64,000 nt of DNA from contig CM082578.2 in NCBI GenBank assembly GCA_040954595.2, positions 15,856,998 to 15,920,997 on the forward strand, given 5' to 3'. Position numbers and translations under genes: made by a program. How positions within the stretch are numbered: position 1 is the first letter of the stretch; the number at the start of each line of letters is the position of its first letter. Shown here in pieces: positions 38,174 through 52,900 of this stretch. A model generated the notes under the pieces. That model was not told the origin of the DNA. It saw only the letters and a list, made by a program, of their open reading frames with translations, and did not search any database. Origin of the DNA: Balanoglossus misakiensis (Eukaryota; Animalia; Hemichordata).

Positions 38174-41100
38174 GTCATTTACTATAAGTTTAACATATGT
38201 TATAAACACAATTTATCAATGAAAGGTACAAGTGTTTTGAAGCATGAAGTGTGCAATGCGGCTCTGATACATTCTCGTGGCGTTTGTAACTTCCTCATAT
38301 TTTCGGCATTACAAAAACTTAGATATTTAACTTCAGTTTTCAGATAAATGAAGGATTAATGATATTTGGCCACTGAGGGCAGTCTCCTATGTCCCACTTG
38401 TGACCAGGTCAAGTCAGTGAGTGTCCAGTTCTTCATTCATTTGGAATGGCATTAAGGTTTCATATGCCACTTGACATGCGTTGTATCAGAGGTCACTTGC
38501 TGTAGAGTTACCCTTGTTGGTGGTAGCTTGTAGTATAATTTATCATCTGGGAGCCTACATATACTGTTGTCGGTAATCCTGTCTAAATATGATCTCACTG
38601 TGCCAGAACACAATATTCCTCCACCACAGATTCCCCTGAACTCTGTCACTGTGCTGAAGACATGTGCCTGATAAATATATTTAAGAAGGTTCACCCTAGT
38701 GTAACTTTGTACGATGTTCAAACACGGTTGTAATACAAACTTTAGACAGAATCTAAGCTGTAGTATAGACATATATATTGATAACAATTTGACAGTATTT
38801 GTTGCCCTATATCTACTTTTGTGTACTTCCAGGATTACCCACATTTATTTAAAGTTATTTTACAGAAGATGTGTCTATCCCATTCATTTCAGTAAGATTT
38901 TCATCTATGCATATATCCCTGTGTTTTCAGCTGCATAGTTAAATTGTGTGTAGAAATTCACCAAAGCCTGCGCTGCTGTTTCCCTGTGCTTGTAATAGTC
39001 TTGGATGAGTAGAACAGAAAATTGGATTTTCTCTTTGCTATAACTACTGGTAGCAATGCATCTTCTCTGGTTCTTCTGGCACCATTACCATAATATGTAC
39101 TGCCACAAACAAAATCCTAACTTTTTTCTCAAACTTTGTTCAAAAAGACACAGCAAAGTGACTACTTTCAAAATCAAGAATAAGAATGATTTGTGGGTAA
39201 CCATGAAATTGTTTTTGGGAATATTGAAAAATAATACCGCAAATGTTTTCAAGGTGATCAGTCCGGAAGTGTAAAAGATACAAAAGTGAGAAGTGGTCAG
39301 TATGGGCATTCCAGTGGTTATGCAGAGTTGTCCAAAAGCGACGCACAAAAATTATTTGTCTCATAAGGGTATAATTCCTGAAAATGGTGCACAAGTATTG
39401 GAAGAAAAAGACAGAGGTTATTTATGGATTATTTGTCTTGAAATTTTGACATTGCAATGTGCACACAAACACCACATAGATGTGATTGGCACTTTTGCCA
39501 TCCATCTAGCACACATGCTGTCATGTTCTAGACAACTGAGTGAAGATTTGGTGGTCGTACAGACTGCCCCCATGTAATCAATGTGTTGAGCAGCAATGAC
39601 TGAAAGATACACCAATCTTTTTTGGTGTCGCACTTTTTATGTATATAGAATATCGCATGGAATAATATATAGGAAAACGGATTGAAGGTTTTTTTTGCAG
39701 CAGCCTCTATGTCATTCTAAATATTTGATTTTATGAGGCAAGAGCTCACCAAGTGACGAGGATTATAAAATACTGTTAGGTTGTTGGTGAAAAGGAATTT
39801 TCAACTCCATACGTATTATCAGTTGGATTGCTGGTAGGAATATTTAAGCAGGATATTTTGAAGAATAAGTTTGACAGAATATTATTGTCATTATTGAGAA
39901 TGAAGGCATCAAGTATACTGTGCTCAACAATATACTGTACTAGGTGTTATAGTTGTATTGGAGAGGCTCGAAGCTGGATGTTCGTACGCTACACCAAAAT
40001 GGGTATTCCGTCGCAACGGTGTGGGTACTGATGAGAAAGAAGTGGCTTTGATTGCATCCATGTAAAGTAAACATGTTCATGTCTGACGTGTGCAATCTAT
40101 TAATTATTTTATCTGATGGTTTTTGTGGTTGATATGTGTATGAAGATTCTCGAATGAAACCTGCTGTGGATTGACTACAGCGCCTTTTTTCGTGATTTGT
40201 GATTTCGATTGGATTTTAATCAGTAAATAATTATTATATTGAAGTGATTTTAATTGGCCTTTTCTTCAGTGATTTTTTTCACTTTTGTTTGCTGAGCCAT
40301 ACTCTTCCTGGCATGTATGTGCATGTTGCTTGCTTGTTTTCATTCATGGGGAATTTTTGCTTAATTTCACAGCCGTAGGTCATAGCTACCTAAAAACTAG
40401 AGTTACCTTTGCTAGTCTAGTGGTGTTTATTTGGGCAGGAACTTGGCCCACCTGACCAAGTTATGCAGATCAGATGTAAAGTAATTCCCTCAAAATGTTG
40501 GCATGATGTAATAATAACATACACTTTTCATGGATATAGGACACCTAATTATCATAGCCATCCGAACATTCAACCAGTTGAATAAATTTGATTGGTTCAT
40601 TACGGTCATGTGATCTCAGATTAGGTGGTGAGGCATTTGAATAGACTGAACAGGAAGTCTGAGGGTATTCAAACTGTTGGTAGATAACCTGTGTATGATT
40701 TATAGCCGTCATTCAGAAATAAACTACACTGAACTATTTATAGTGATTTATCTGCATAAATCGGCTGCTTTGTTAATGCTTTTATCCAACTTGTAATGAT
40801 TTTACTAGTAATGTGGAAGAGTATGGTTGAGTGATCTGACGTTGGATTTGTGGTTGGGATTTTGGTGAAAGAACCCCCCCCCCCCCTTGCTAGTTTTTAA
40901 CTCCATCTGCTGTATATATCCTTGAGGTCTTATATGTTTTTCTTTAATTGATAAAAATATTCATGTGAAATTTAGTATCTGTGCATGGCCTTCCTATTCT
41001 GTGTCCCTTTGTAATTATAGAAACAACCAAAAATAGTATAAATGAATATTTATGATAAAATTAAAAAAAACTGAAGATATAGAACAAACATATATGGTAA

Positions 41101-44100
41101 TTTATACCTTTGACATGGGACGGGCTGTATAATACCCCAATATGGTTTAGAGTTTGATACTGCAATGTCAACTCAAGTTCATTGAGAAATTCATGCATGT
41201 ACTTCACATGCATACGTGGCAAAACATGCAGTTAGACCCCAGTACAGGCAGTTGGACATCAAAGTGAAGTTCTAGACCCCATGTTACCAGGAACTGTACA
41301 ACAAAAGAAACTCAGCTGGCTTGTGAAAATAGAATCTGAAACTTCGGAACAAAGCAAATTAAGAAACATTGATTATTTCTGTGACCATATCCTGTGATTA
41401 GATTTTTTTATAATTATGCACAGATGGCATAAAGTATGACTTTGCAAGTTATTTCTCCATAATTCTGTGTTGAAGATTTTTCCTGTACTGGGTGTTAAAT
41501 TTCCAGATTGTAAGTGTTGATATTGTTTTCAGTTCCAAAAATTATGTGATCATCTAATTTATTTATTGACAACCAAGTTCCAATCCCAGTTATGAGGTAT
41601 TGTTACATTTTTTGCATTTTCAGTAAAATATCGTAAACTCGTAAAACCTGTCTCGCGTTTCTTTTACTCTTCTCATAGTCTCAGCCTTGTTGTGGTACAA
41701 GAAAGACACTCCCAGTTCAGACTGAGTTGAGAAGTTTTGACTCGCGTGTGAAATCATGTTACATGTCAGTATTAGGGCGCCATCAACCGACATGATTAAT
41801 TTTGAAAGAGACCAGGGGGTGAGGTTGAAAGAACGGAGTACGAAATTTATTGTGGAAATTAAACCTAGCAGTGTGACATGACCCAAGTCATCGATTATTT
41901 AACGTCCAAAGTTCACAGTACAATATTTGTGTTACTCGAGAAATAGATAACTCTAAAAATATCACTATATGGTGTGATTATAAATCTTGGTTTATTTTTA
42001 TCCCAGGATCTCAAATAGGAAATCAAGATCTGATTATAAGTATGAGGTATGTTGGGCCCCCAACAACGGGTGCGATAACCCTGACACGCAGCTGCAGTAT
42101 GCATTAAGGTGGTACGCCCCTCATGGACCGATAGCCACCATAACTGAGAAATCGGGTCGCGTCTCTCATTTGTACCTTAGAGTGCATGTGACTCTTGTCT
42201 GATTCAATATTGCACTCACCGCGATTGTAAATATGGGTGGATTGTAGGGCAGTCAGCGACCGTGTCATGTGACGCGATTACGCCTATTATCTCTCTCTCA
42301 GGCTCTCTCTAGTCATGAACACAATGATTTATAGTAGGAGGCAAATGACAGGAAAACTTACTGACTTATAAACAGGTTTAGTGTGTGTAAAGTGCAAGCT
42401 TTGGTGTTGACAAGATGTTTATGCCATGAATAGCGATTATCGCTCAAATGACCCAAACCTCTACTTATGATAACGAACCGAACGCCGGGACAACTACCAA
42501 CAGGTGGTATAATGTAGGACAAAGTATATGCGCACTGTCAACCTGAGCAAACCCTTCCTACATGTAATATGGACTTCTTCTTTATGACAATGTTGTTGTT
42601 GTTTTTCGGAGGCACTACGGTGAAGTTATCACGTTGTTTATTTTGTTAGCTAGTTTCAAAGCACGTGCGAAACCTTCAGCGCAAACTCGAGGTTTACTAT
42701 TCTTCCTGACTGTCATTTTCACACCATATAAAAACAGACTTATGGCGAATTGTAATTTTATTATTATTTTAATAACACTGTGCGATGACTTATGGCGCTA
42801 AAACAACGAAGCTCCAGCGATGCCTAGACACGCGTCATCCGTACTTCGCCTTGTTAACACGCTGTCGCTGATAACGCCGACAGATCAAAGTCCTGTACAG
42901 CAAATCGCATCACATCACATCACGCAAACGGACAATCCATCATTCGGTGTAGGAGCTGATAAACTCGACTTATAAACAAATATCCTTGCTATATTTAGCC
43001 GCGTATCTATCTGCGGTAAACCAAAAATAATTCACCTTTCCCACCGCGTAAATCACGTTACTGATGACACCAAGTCGGGCGACCGACTTTTCTTCGTTTC
43101 GTGTACACGACAAATCCGTGGCTAACACAGATACATGTACTAGCATTAGCCCCCCCCCCCCCCTTACCAAGAACTTTGGAAGTAAACTTTTTATACTCCT
43201 GTACACTGAATTTAGGGATGCGTTTACATATATACACATGCGCTACGCGAACAAATTATTGGTTCAGACTGCTTTGGAAAGTTTTTTTTACCGTTTTGAA
43301 AACAGTCTACGTACATAATTTAGCGGTTATGAATCACTATTTTTCTGTCTCCTTGACCTGTCGGTATGATCACACGCATGCGTAGGACAAAGAAACCAGG
43401 ACAAGGTAAATCAAGGGTCAAACGCCCATTTGTGTTTTGCCTTTGGACTAATTTTGGACAAACAGCCCCCCCCCCCCATCCCCCTCCCACCTTCAAGGTT
43501 GGAAATATTAGATATGTGACACACCCTTTCCTATCGGACGCTTGATTAAAAAAGCACTCTTTTCTCATTGAAAATGATACACAGACGTCTCTACTTCGCT
43601 GTATCCAGCAGATTTAAGGGGTATATGCTCGCTTCCGAAGCATAGGTAACGTGGGGGAATTTCTGAATGCCCTTTCAGTATTTTAGTAACGCTTTCGATG
43701 AAGGATGCATCTTCCGCAGAGAAGTCTGAACAGTAGCCTTTTGTTTTCCAACCGAATATCCCTGCTGTAAATTACGTGTAACGCCATGAGCAATAAATCA
43801 TCTCACATCATGCATTACTCTCGATTCAAAACCGACGACCCCGATCGATGACCCAAAACTTGACAGCCTTAACTTTATTATTCCCATCTCACAAATCACA
43901 TGACAAACAGAGGATCTCGATGGATCATGATCAGCTAGTACGGTACTTGCGTGTCATCACGAGGTCACATGACGCGACGGTCCGTCTGATGTTGTCCTGT
44001 CTGTCTGACTGACACACCGGTGTTCATCCCTTCTCTACACTACAGAGAGGTCTCTTCCTTCACACTAAGTTAGGGTTGAAGTCAAAAACTTCATGTCGCA

Positions 44101-44878
44101 TACACAAACTCCTTTAGATTGGGGTGTGGGTTGACCCCAAAATGTCATGTTTTATCAGACAAATCTAGGATAAGAGGGAAACCCAGTGGGTGGGAGTTTT
44201 GTTGAAATACTTTTGTGTTACATATAAAATGTTGTTTATAAAGGGTCACTATGTGTTTCATAGAAATGGTTTGCAGTAGGTAAAGTTCAAGCGAGGCGAG
44301 TTTTTCGGAATTAAGGAAAAGATTAATTTGTGTCATGATGGTAGTCAGTGTGAGATAGTTAGTAAGTGGTCTCCCATCTATAATCTGTTATTGCTTACAG
44401 GAATTAAAATATTCGCCCTTCCAATCACAGATGGGGTGCATCCTGAATGAAAGGAACAATGAAGCCCTGTGTGGTATTGTGATGTCGTGTTTTTGTCATT
44501 CCCAGGGTAAGGGGTAAATGATCGGCCCACCACGTCAAACATTCTCAAGGTCGTCTCGAGGTCTTCAGAGCTGCTACCAAAAGGTGTGGAGTGAAACTTA
44601 ACTCGTCCCCGCCCAAGCCTTTTCTTTGAACAAAAATGTTCTTCATTGTATTAAGGCTATTAGGTCCGAAAGAGTGACCGCTTCAAATGAAATAAGAATA
44701 GAGGGCGAGGAGTAACCTGCTTTCTTGACACCTCACACACAAAAAATTTGGGTCGGCGGACTGCGAAGTGTCAAGGACCCTTCATTGAGATCACACATGT
44801 ACTTTGTCTTAGCTACAAGCGTCCGACCGGGTCGTGAAAAGTTCACAACACAAGAGTCAGCCTTCACTTCGATAAGGG

Positions 44879-45338
44879 TAGTCTCGGTTACCCAGACGCC
44901 TTTGCTTCTTCCGATGCTCTCCAGAAAAAGGGTCTGGGGAAATGCTATTGAAAGCTTTGTAAAACAAAATGGCCGATGTCAGGATTTTGATCATCGCCTG
45001 ATTGGCTGAGCTGTCAGTATGACCCGGGTCACTGCAATAGTTTCGACAATCGTCTACCAAAGATATTTCGTATAATTTCTCCAACAATGCTAACAGAGGA
45101 CGCCTTTTGCCTTTCGCATCAACCAACAAGTACCGGTCTCTTGATATAAAGAGACGACAAATAATCACACATTGTCGAGAGTCAGTGACCCGGGTCATAC
45201 TGACAGCTCAGCCAATCAGGCGATGATCAAAATCCTGACATCGGCCATTTTGTTTTACAAAGCTTTCAATAGCATTTCCCCAGACCCTTTTTCTGGAGAG
45301 CATCGGAAGAAGCAAAGGCGTCTGGGTAACCGAGACTA
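44879..45338. mobile_element. Non-autonomous DNA transposon (MITE), 460 bp, 156-bp TIRs, 9-bp TSD
   Basis: 44879-45034 is the reverse complement of 45183-45338 (TAGTCTCGGTTACCCAGAC... / ...GTCTGGGTAACCGAGACTA). The direct repeat CGATAAGGG flanks it at 44870-44878 and 45339-45347. Confidence 0.93.
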
Positions 45339-45875
45339 CGATAAGGGTCGTATATATACTTTGTTAGATATGTTTGTGTCTATTTTTAGTAGCCGGTTCA
45401 CGAGGTGCTGATAACAGAAAAGGGCCCGGAGTGTTTGTTCCTTTGATGGGCATACGGCAGCCGCGCGACTCCGAATTCCAATGTGTGCCAGACAATGCGA
45501 TGCTGAAAATCTTGGCATCAATTTGCATTTAAGTATAGAATGCGCTGGCTGTTAGCATTTGTGAGGGCACTTATAGAGTGCGACCAATAACACGCAAGTC
45601 ACTGTGACACTAAAAGGTGTATTTGGAATTTTGCCAAGTCCACATAAAGGCTACCACGCTGCCACGTCATCCGAGTACACTGGCATATTTGTTGTCGACT
45701 TTGCGCAGTCGATTAAGGCGTGACGGTAGCCAGGTTGTATTGTATGAAAAGTTGACCTATTGTCTGTGATTGAAGACCGCCATCTGAAGAGGTTTCCAGT
45801 CGGGTTTCAAATGGTGACCGAAATAAACAAAACAGTACAAACAGATGGACAGACGAGTGCGCAAACAGTGGTTGG

Positions 45876-46048
<173 letters not shown>

Positions 46049-49000
46049 CTCATTATATCATTGTTCCAAGTCGTCAAGGAGCTATTAAACAAATTAGTCG
46101 CTCATGTGACAACGACCTATAGTAACGACCTATAACTTCTACCAAAGAAATTCACGGGTGTTTTACAAGCAATGTGTTTTAACGTTCTTGTAAACACCAT
46201 CAAAATGGCAATTGTTAACAGCGTCTGCATGTATCCTGTTCCCTCGTGTATTTCTAAAAGAATTCTTTCATAAGTAGATTTGACTCTTTTCGAGACAACA
46301 TAAAGTTTGGTTTCCCCGGAAACGGTTTCTGCATTTTACGCACACAACCCCCCCCCCCCCAAATCCTACCGCAGGCGCGAACTAATAGTTGTGTATCTAG
46401 AGATGTGAACACATATCCAAGAAGGACAGACGCCTTGGCTATTACCCTCCTGCATTGTGTACAGCAAAACTACCAATTCGTCATCGTATAGCCACCCAAC
46501 AAAAGGTTGCTTCCGCCTTTAAAATCAGTTGGCGTTCTCTCGATTGTGGTGTCGGCGATGTTGAATTCTAAAAAGACAGCTTAAGCATCAATACCGCCAA
46601 AGGCTGCCAACAGTACACCAAACTGTTCCAGTCGAGTGAACAACAAAAAGACAAGGGTCATGGGTCGGACTTTTGCAGGACAAAAACACCTCAACCAAGC
46701 AGTCAACCAATTTAAACAGTCGAGACTTTTATTTCAAACGACGACGCTTGCTAGTTCCATCACGTACTTGCTAATCACCGCATTCAGTTCTTTATTTAGA
46801 CTGCTTGCTCCGAAGTAGAATCGTCTTGTCACTCGAACACGTGAATTTGGAGAACGCAAACTGGTAATTGTGACATAGGCCATCGGTTAAGGATGGCTAA
46901 GTTTCTCCCACACGTCTATCATGATCAGCGCCGCAACAAATCATGTGACTATATAGCTGCTAATCCATTATACATTGAATTCTATCACGGCATCCTTGTA
47001 ATGCTGTGATGCAAATGCCTTCAGGTGGCATGGCAACTTACTCAACAGTTTTGCATTTCATTGACGGATGTTTCATCACCACTATTCAGAGAAGATGTTA
47101 GACGGAATTTCAATTCGGAAGAATAACCCGTCGATGGAGAGTATTGTCATATTGTGAAATATATATTTTAAAAAGTAAGACTAGTTAGCAATACACTTGA
47201 CATGGGGAGCAAACATTCACTAGGGCATAATACACTATGGCACCTGCACCGAAAATCCCATCAGAGCCAGGTACCGCTTCTCGAAGTTTTCAACCAGGAG
47301 AATTGAATTGTTCCATTCGTGGGGCAATTACTTCGACCGGAATCATTATGATCGTGACCTTGTCTCTGCCTACTGTCGAGAAAGTGATCATATTGAGCAG
47401 AAAGGTCGCGATAGAATTTTGCAAGACCGCGAGATTGCGGGAAGTGATTAGGCCATGGGGGGGGGGGCGACGGAGGGTGCTGTATCGACCACTCTGACGA
47501 TGGTCATGTGACATAGGGCAGAAAGACCAGGATCCTTGGATGGATTGTGGATGGATGGATGGATTGGTTGGGGTGTTTATTTTTTCTGTGGTTAGGGATT
47601 CAGAAGTGGTTGAGTAACATGAATGAACGACCCGAAAATCGGGCAAACGTGGGCTAACTGTGTACGTGTATTGGGAGGAGGGTTTGGGTACGGTGACATG
47701 GATATACCAGCAGGGGTGATGGCTTGACCGCAATGGCCGGTCTGTGGAAATGAGGTCACAAAGTGGGAGGGCTGTGACACTTCGGACGTGTCAGCATCGC
47801 TGATGGACACTAAAATACACCGTCTGCGCCTGCAAATATCGTCGCCTAAGAAATATCGGTGGATTCTAGAATGGTGCATTCTTGAGCGCCAGTGCTCGAA
47901 TTATGATTGACCTCCCGGGCTAATAGCGCCACAACTCAACTCATAGTTACCCATCATCCACGGGGCAATGACGCGGTGTCAAGGCTGGGGCAGTCATTAG
48001 ACAGGGAACCACATGAATATTGCCTCTTGACGAATATCGTGAAAACACGCGACACTTCAGGCATGTTGGGAATCACGTGTTGTTAAAAACAAGCTCCGCC
48101 TACCAACTCCTCTCAATTAGACTTATATACTAATTGTTTATTGGGAAATTGGTATTGGTTATTTGATGCTATTGTCTTCTCAGCTGGTAAAAGTCACATC
48201 ATTATCAAGCGTTATTGTTCATCCATTATGAGCCAGGTGGTGTTTAAATGTCGAAGTTGAATCACTGTATACATGAATATAGCGTGCAGTATAATGCAGG
48301 TAAAATAAGACAATAAAACAGAACTGTATTTGACACTGACACTGAAGTATTGGCCATCCCGTCTCTCTTCATGCCCTATTGCAGCACAAGGTGAATTCGA
48401 TAGCACAGAAGCAGTAGGAGGTTCGGTTCAGTGCAAGTAAGTAGCACCGTATTGGTTCGAAATTGAAACGCTCAAAAATTCCTGGGTGGGAGGACACCGA
48501 AACGTCTGTGCGAGGCAAATGGGGGCGGTGGTGTTAGGGTCGTACCCTGCTCCCATTGCGCAAAGACATTTAATTTGTAACAGTTTACAGCAACTTTAAC
48601 GACCGATGAAATATTCATATGACAGACTAGATGCCAAGAAAATATTTAAAAGTCAAGCTGAGCTAAGCCAGAAAGGTAGTATCTGTTAATCAACAGTTAC
48701 ACCAACCAAAAGAAGTAGATGCCATTTATTTGCCGTCGGTGTGCATGTAGGTGGGACACAAAATATACAAATGTGTTTTATCACCCTACCTGGCGACAGA
48801 AAAAAAGAGTCGTTCATGACACGGAAATTGAAACTTATGTATTAGCCGACTTATTCATTCATTCATTCATTCTGTTTGGCTGACAACCCCTTCATCTTCA
48901 TCTTGCGGAAACCGGGGAACCGTGCCCCCCCCCCCCCCCCCCCATTGCTTGGCGAATATTCGGAGTGAAAACTCTCAGAGAAGTGTTTCCGCTCCTCGTA

Positions 49001-49958
49001 ACAAATGCTCTGTAAAAGCGAGAAGTATCTTTAGACAGTAATCGGTGGTTTGAGCTTCTGAGATTATCAAACGTTTACACTGTCTTGCTTTCGAAAAAAA
49101 AGTTCGACTCGTCAAGTTTCGACAATTTGAAACACCGATGTTTGTGTCTAGGGTGCAAAGTTCCCCCGAGACCCAGGTCCGTCACCAGCCTCGTGTCTTT
49201 CATAACCGTAGTCTCAGCGGCCTTTTGTCCACTCGACCTAAATAAATAAGTTACCCGTAGCAATCGGTGGTACGTATACAATGACGGATTGTGTGTGTGC
49301 ACAGACTGACGCGTCACTTCTTTCAAATGGTAGATTTATAGCACCCAGTACGTTGCACCCAGTACAAAACGATATTAATTTATTCGACAAGTGCTTGGCT
49401 GTACAGGCATATCGGCTGACGGCGTTGACAGATGCGTAGCGGGAGTGAACGTAGCACAGTAGTCAAACTACATTGACTTGTGACTGCAATGCGGGGTGCA
49501 CGGCCAACCGTCTGACGTTATCGCACAACCGGCAAGAAAAGAATGAAATGTGGGCTGTGTGCTCATTTGCAAAGTGCACGAAGTTCACCGCCGAAGGTGA
49601 TGGGATATCAGTAAATAATACACGTCTGCCGAGTCTGTCAGGAAGCAACGCGTGTAAAGATACATTTGATGTGATTGTAGATTGTTGTTGATGACTGAAT
49701 ACTGTACGTGATAAGAAAAGAGTGCGGATTCTCATATCAGTGGCCGTTGACTGAGTACCCTTGTAGGAACTCTCTGTGTCATTAAAGTCTGGAAGCTAAC
49801 TCATTGGTAAGCAGAAATAAGTGTTTTTTTATTTGGCTCCAGGCCAAGGTGAACTGTTGATTTGTGTACATGTCATTCTTTATATTGACTAGGGGAATAA
49901 GGCTGATCAGTCGCTTTTGTTGTCTCTTGCAGCGTCGACTTGTAGTCAACGGACTGAG

Positions 49959-52900
49959 ATGTTATATCAACCAATCGAGCCTCGCGCTCTGATCAGCAGA
50001 CATATACATGTGCCCGCCGTAATACCTCAACCAAACAAGATGCGGGCAGCGACAGGGCAGTGTTGTGACGAGGCGGTCAACAGACCACTTGATTTGTCTG
50101 TTAAGAAGACAGACGCCGGGGAAAATACTGACGAGCCGGCAGGCAAAGACAGCTTTGGCGAGAAGCAGACGTTCAGTACCAGACCTACTTTTGCCAATCC
50201 ATGGAATCGAGATTTGGCCGTCTGGAACGCGAAGCCATTGGTCACACAGGAGACGCGTCGTATCAAGAAAAATGTTGACTCGGCCTCTGTGGACAATACC
50301 AAGTTGAAAGCAAATGGCAAGGTTGATCTTTATAGTCACTTTGAAGTTGCAAAGTCGCAGGATCCCACCGCAAGCCATTTTGCAAGGGAAGCAGTAACGC
50401 AGGAAAATGGACGAACTGGGGCCAGTTTGCAAACGAAGGGGGAGGATTCGCACCCCATCGCGCTTGTCAGTGAAACAAAAACATCTTCTGTGATCAGACC
50501 AAACGGACTCACAAATGTACAGAATTTGGACCGTGAAGATGCAAGCACGACATGGGCACCGTTCAAGGTTTCTGCAAATGGCAACAGCAATGCCAGAAGG
50601 AAGAAAAAGCAGAAAGCCAAAACGTGGCAGGTCCCGGTCGGCCACGAGGAACGGCCAATCGCAGCAACTGTTTTGCCGCCAGAAATAGCGACCAAGGTTC
50701 AACAGTCCCACGGATTGGCGAGTTTGATTCACGACAATTCAATGAGGAGCCCTGATGAATATCTTCCCGATAAAACCGACATCCGAACCCACAATGCGCC
50801 GCATTACGTAAGAGATGACGCAACGACGGCAGCGACCAAATCTACATGCAACGGGAGTTTACAGAGCTATTCACGATACAAAACACCGGAAAGAGACCAA
50901 GGACAACCGCCTACCTGTCCCACAATACATCAAAGAGACGTATTACGTTCGCTTCTCACCGACCACAACAGACAAAGCGACGTGTGTCGCCCCGATGCGC
51001 ACCACCCTCATGCTCTCCACATTCAAAACAATCACGACCGAGGACCAGACATGAAATCACCACAAATCCAAAACGCAGAAAAACATTTCCAAGGTGTTCC
51101 TCGCTATCGTACGAGTCAACACAAGCAACCTGCGTTTAGACAGCACGTCCCCCCTGTTGTACCAATAAATCCCAAATCTCTGCGTCTGACACCCACTCCC
51201 CAACCGAGAGCCAGCTACCAAATAACTACCATATCACCTGAAGAAGTGAATGACTATAAAGGTATTCTGCAGTGCGCGGATGCAACTTTAATACCGGTTT
51301 ATTTAGATGAAAAACAAGAGAAAACGTCGATGTTGATCTCAAGAGATGGGCCTTGCACCGAACTTCGCGCCGTAGTTATAGGCCGCACGCCCTCGAAAGA
51401 TGCGGACATTCAAGAAGTAGAGCGCCCTGTCGCCGCGGATTGCTTCGGGAGGCCAGTGCCGCTCGTTCCGGTGAAGCAATCGGGTGACACGTCGAGTATT
51501 CAGGCGGCGGTGAGGCCGACAATTGCATCAGCCATTCATAGGTACAATGGGGAGTCAACCCGTACCAGAAACATTACTCCCATTTCTTTTGAGAGACGTG
51601 TACCCGAGATGGCAAAGCCAGCAGGATCGATGAATCACCGCGGAGAAGGTCGGCCTTCCTTCGTCCAGGGACCGCTAGCCATGCACAGCGTCGCAGACAC
51701 AAAGAATGCTCGCACTACCAAGGACGTTTTCTCTCACAGCTATTCCAGGGAGACGGTGGATTTCTTACCGCCTCCCCTCCGTGACGCAATCGGCAAATAC
51801 AAATTTGCAAACTCGGTGGACAGACATGACAAAAATAGCAGAGATGAGCACGGTTTACCTGAAAGAAACCACGTGGCACAACGAGGGAGTGGCACCGGTG
51901 AAACCAGAGAGGCGCCCGGACCGAGTTTTCCCAATGCAAATATTCGTCGTGTGTCACAACAAAATGTGGTGCAAAGCCAAGAATTACAGTATGCCGTCCA
52001 GGATTCCGACATTTCTAGGAACATCCTCGAGCAACTCAATCAACTGAGCGTTTCAAAACTTTTAGAGATCCAGAGAAGTTGGATTGAGAAACCCGAAAGT
52101 GATGCGACGAAAAAAGGAAGTCGCGGCGCCGCCGGACCTAACGCAGTTGCAGAGAAAACGCCAGAAATTCTTCCGAGTCCAGTGATGGCAGTGCATGCAA
52201 TGTCATCAGACGATAGAATTCCCGCCAAACAGTTCTTTGCTAAAATGCCCGACCAATTTCATCTTCTAAACAATAACAGAATCTTGCGGCCGCAAGATGT
52301 GGGTATTTCATCGAGACCGGTGAGAGAAGTTTCTGACGTCATCGCTGCTGGGGAAGCTAACAGAACAGCGGACACGACGCCAGCATTTCCACGTTATCAG
52401 CAGAATGCTGTTCAAATCGACCAACCAGTCATCGACTGTGCACCTGCAACACCTGTACGCTGTTCTAGTTATGAGGACAATGTTTCCTACACTAAAGCAC
52501 GATGTTTCTCCCCCAGTCAAACACAGCTGCCGCCGGCGCAGTCAAAGAATACAGAGAACAGACACAGGCCAAAAGTTGCCAAGGATATAAACCCGGCTTT
52601 GAGGGACGCTCTCGACGCCAGGCTATCGTCGGTGATATCTGCCAACGATTCTTTGCTGCAGGCCCACGAAGTCCCTAGGAAACGGCCGTGGTCAAAGAAA
52701 GACTGGGAAAAAGAGGAAGAAATGCCGCATAAATACTACGCGGCGGCACACATGGATCGATTGCCGGCTAACGAACAATACCCTTTCCCGGTTTACCGAC
52801 ACCATGAAGACAGTCTGGCGAACAGCGTGAAATTTAGGGACATCAGACCTAAATTTGTGGAAGATACAGTTCCTACTCGGGAACCAGCAGTGGGCACAAA

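Noticed and set aside
38060-38347. Poly-His ORF
   Set aside because: Translation of a (CAT)n microsatellite in the UBE2H 3' region; no support for coding.
44857-45411. Two opposite-strand ORFs sharing an identical peptide (SDPGHTDSSANQAMIKIL...)
   Set aside because: An artefact of the MITE's terminal inverted repeats, not genes.
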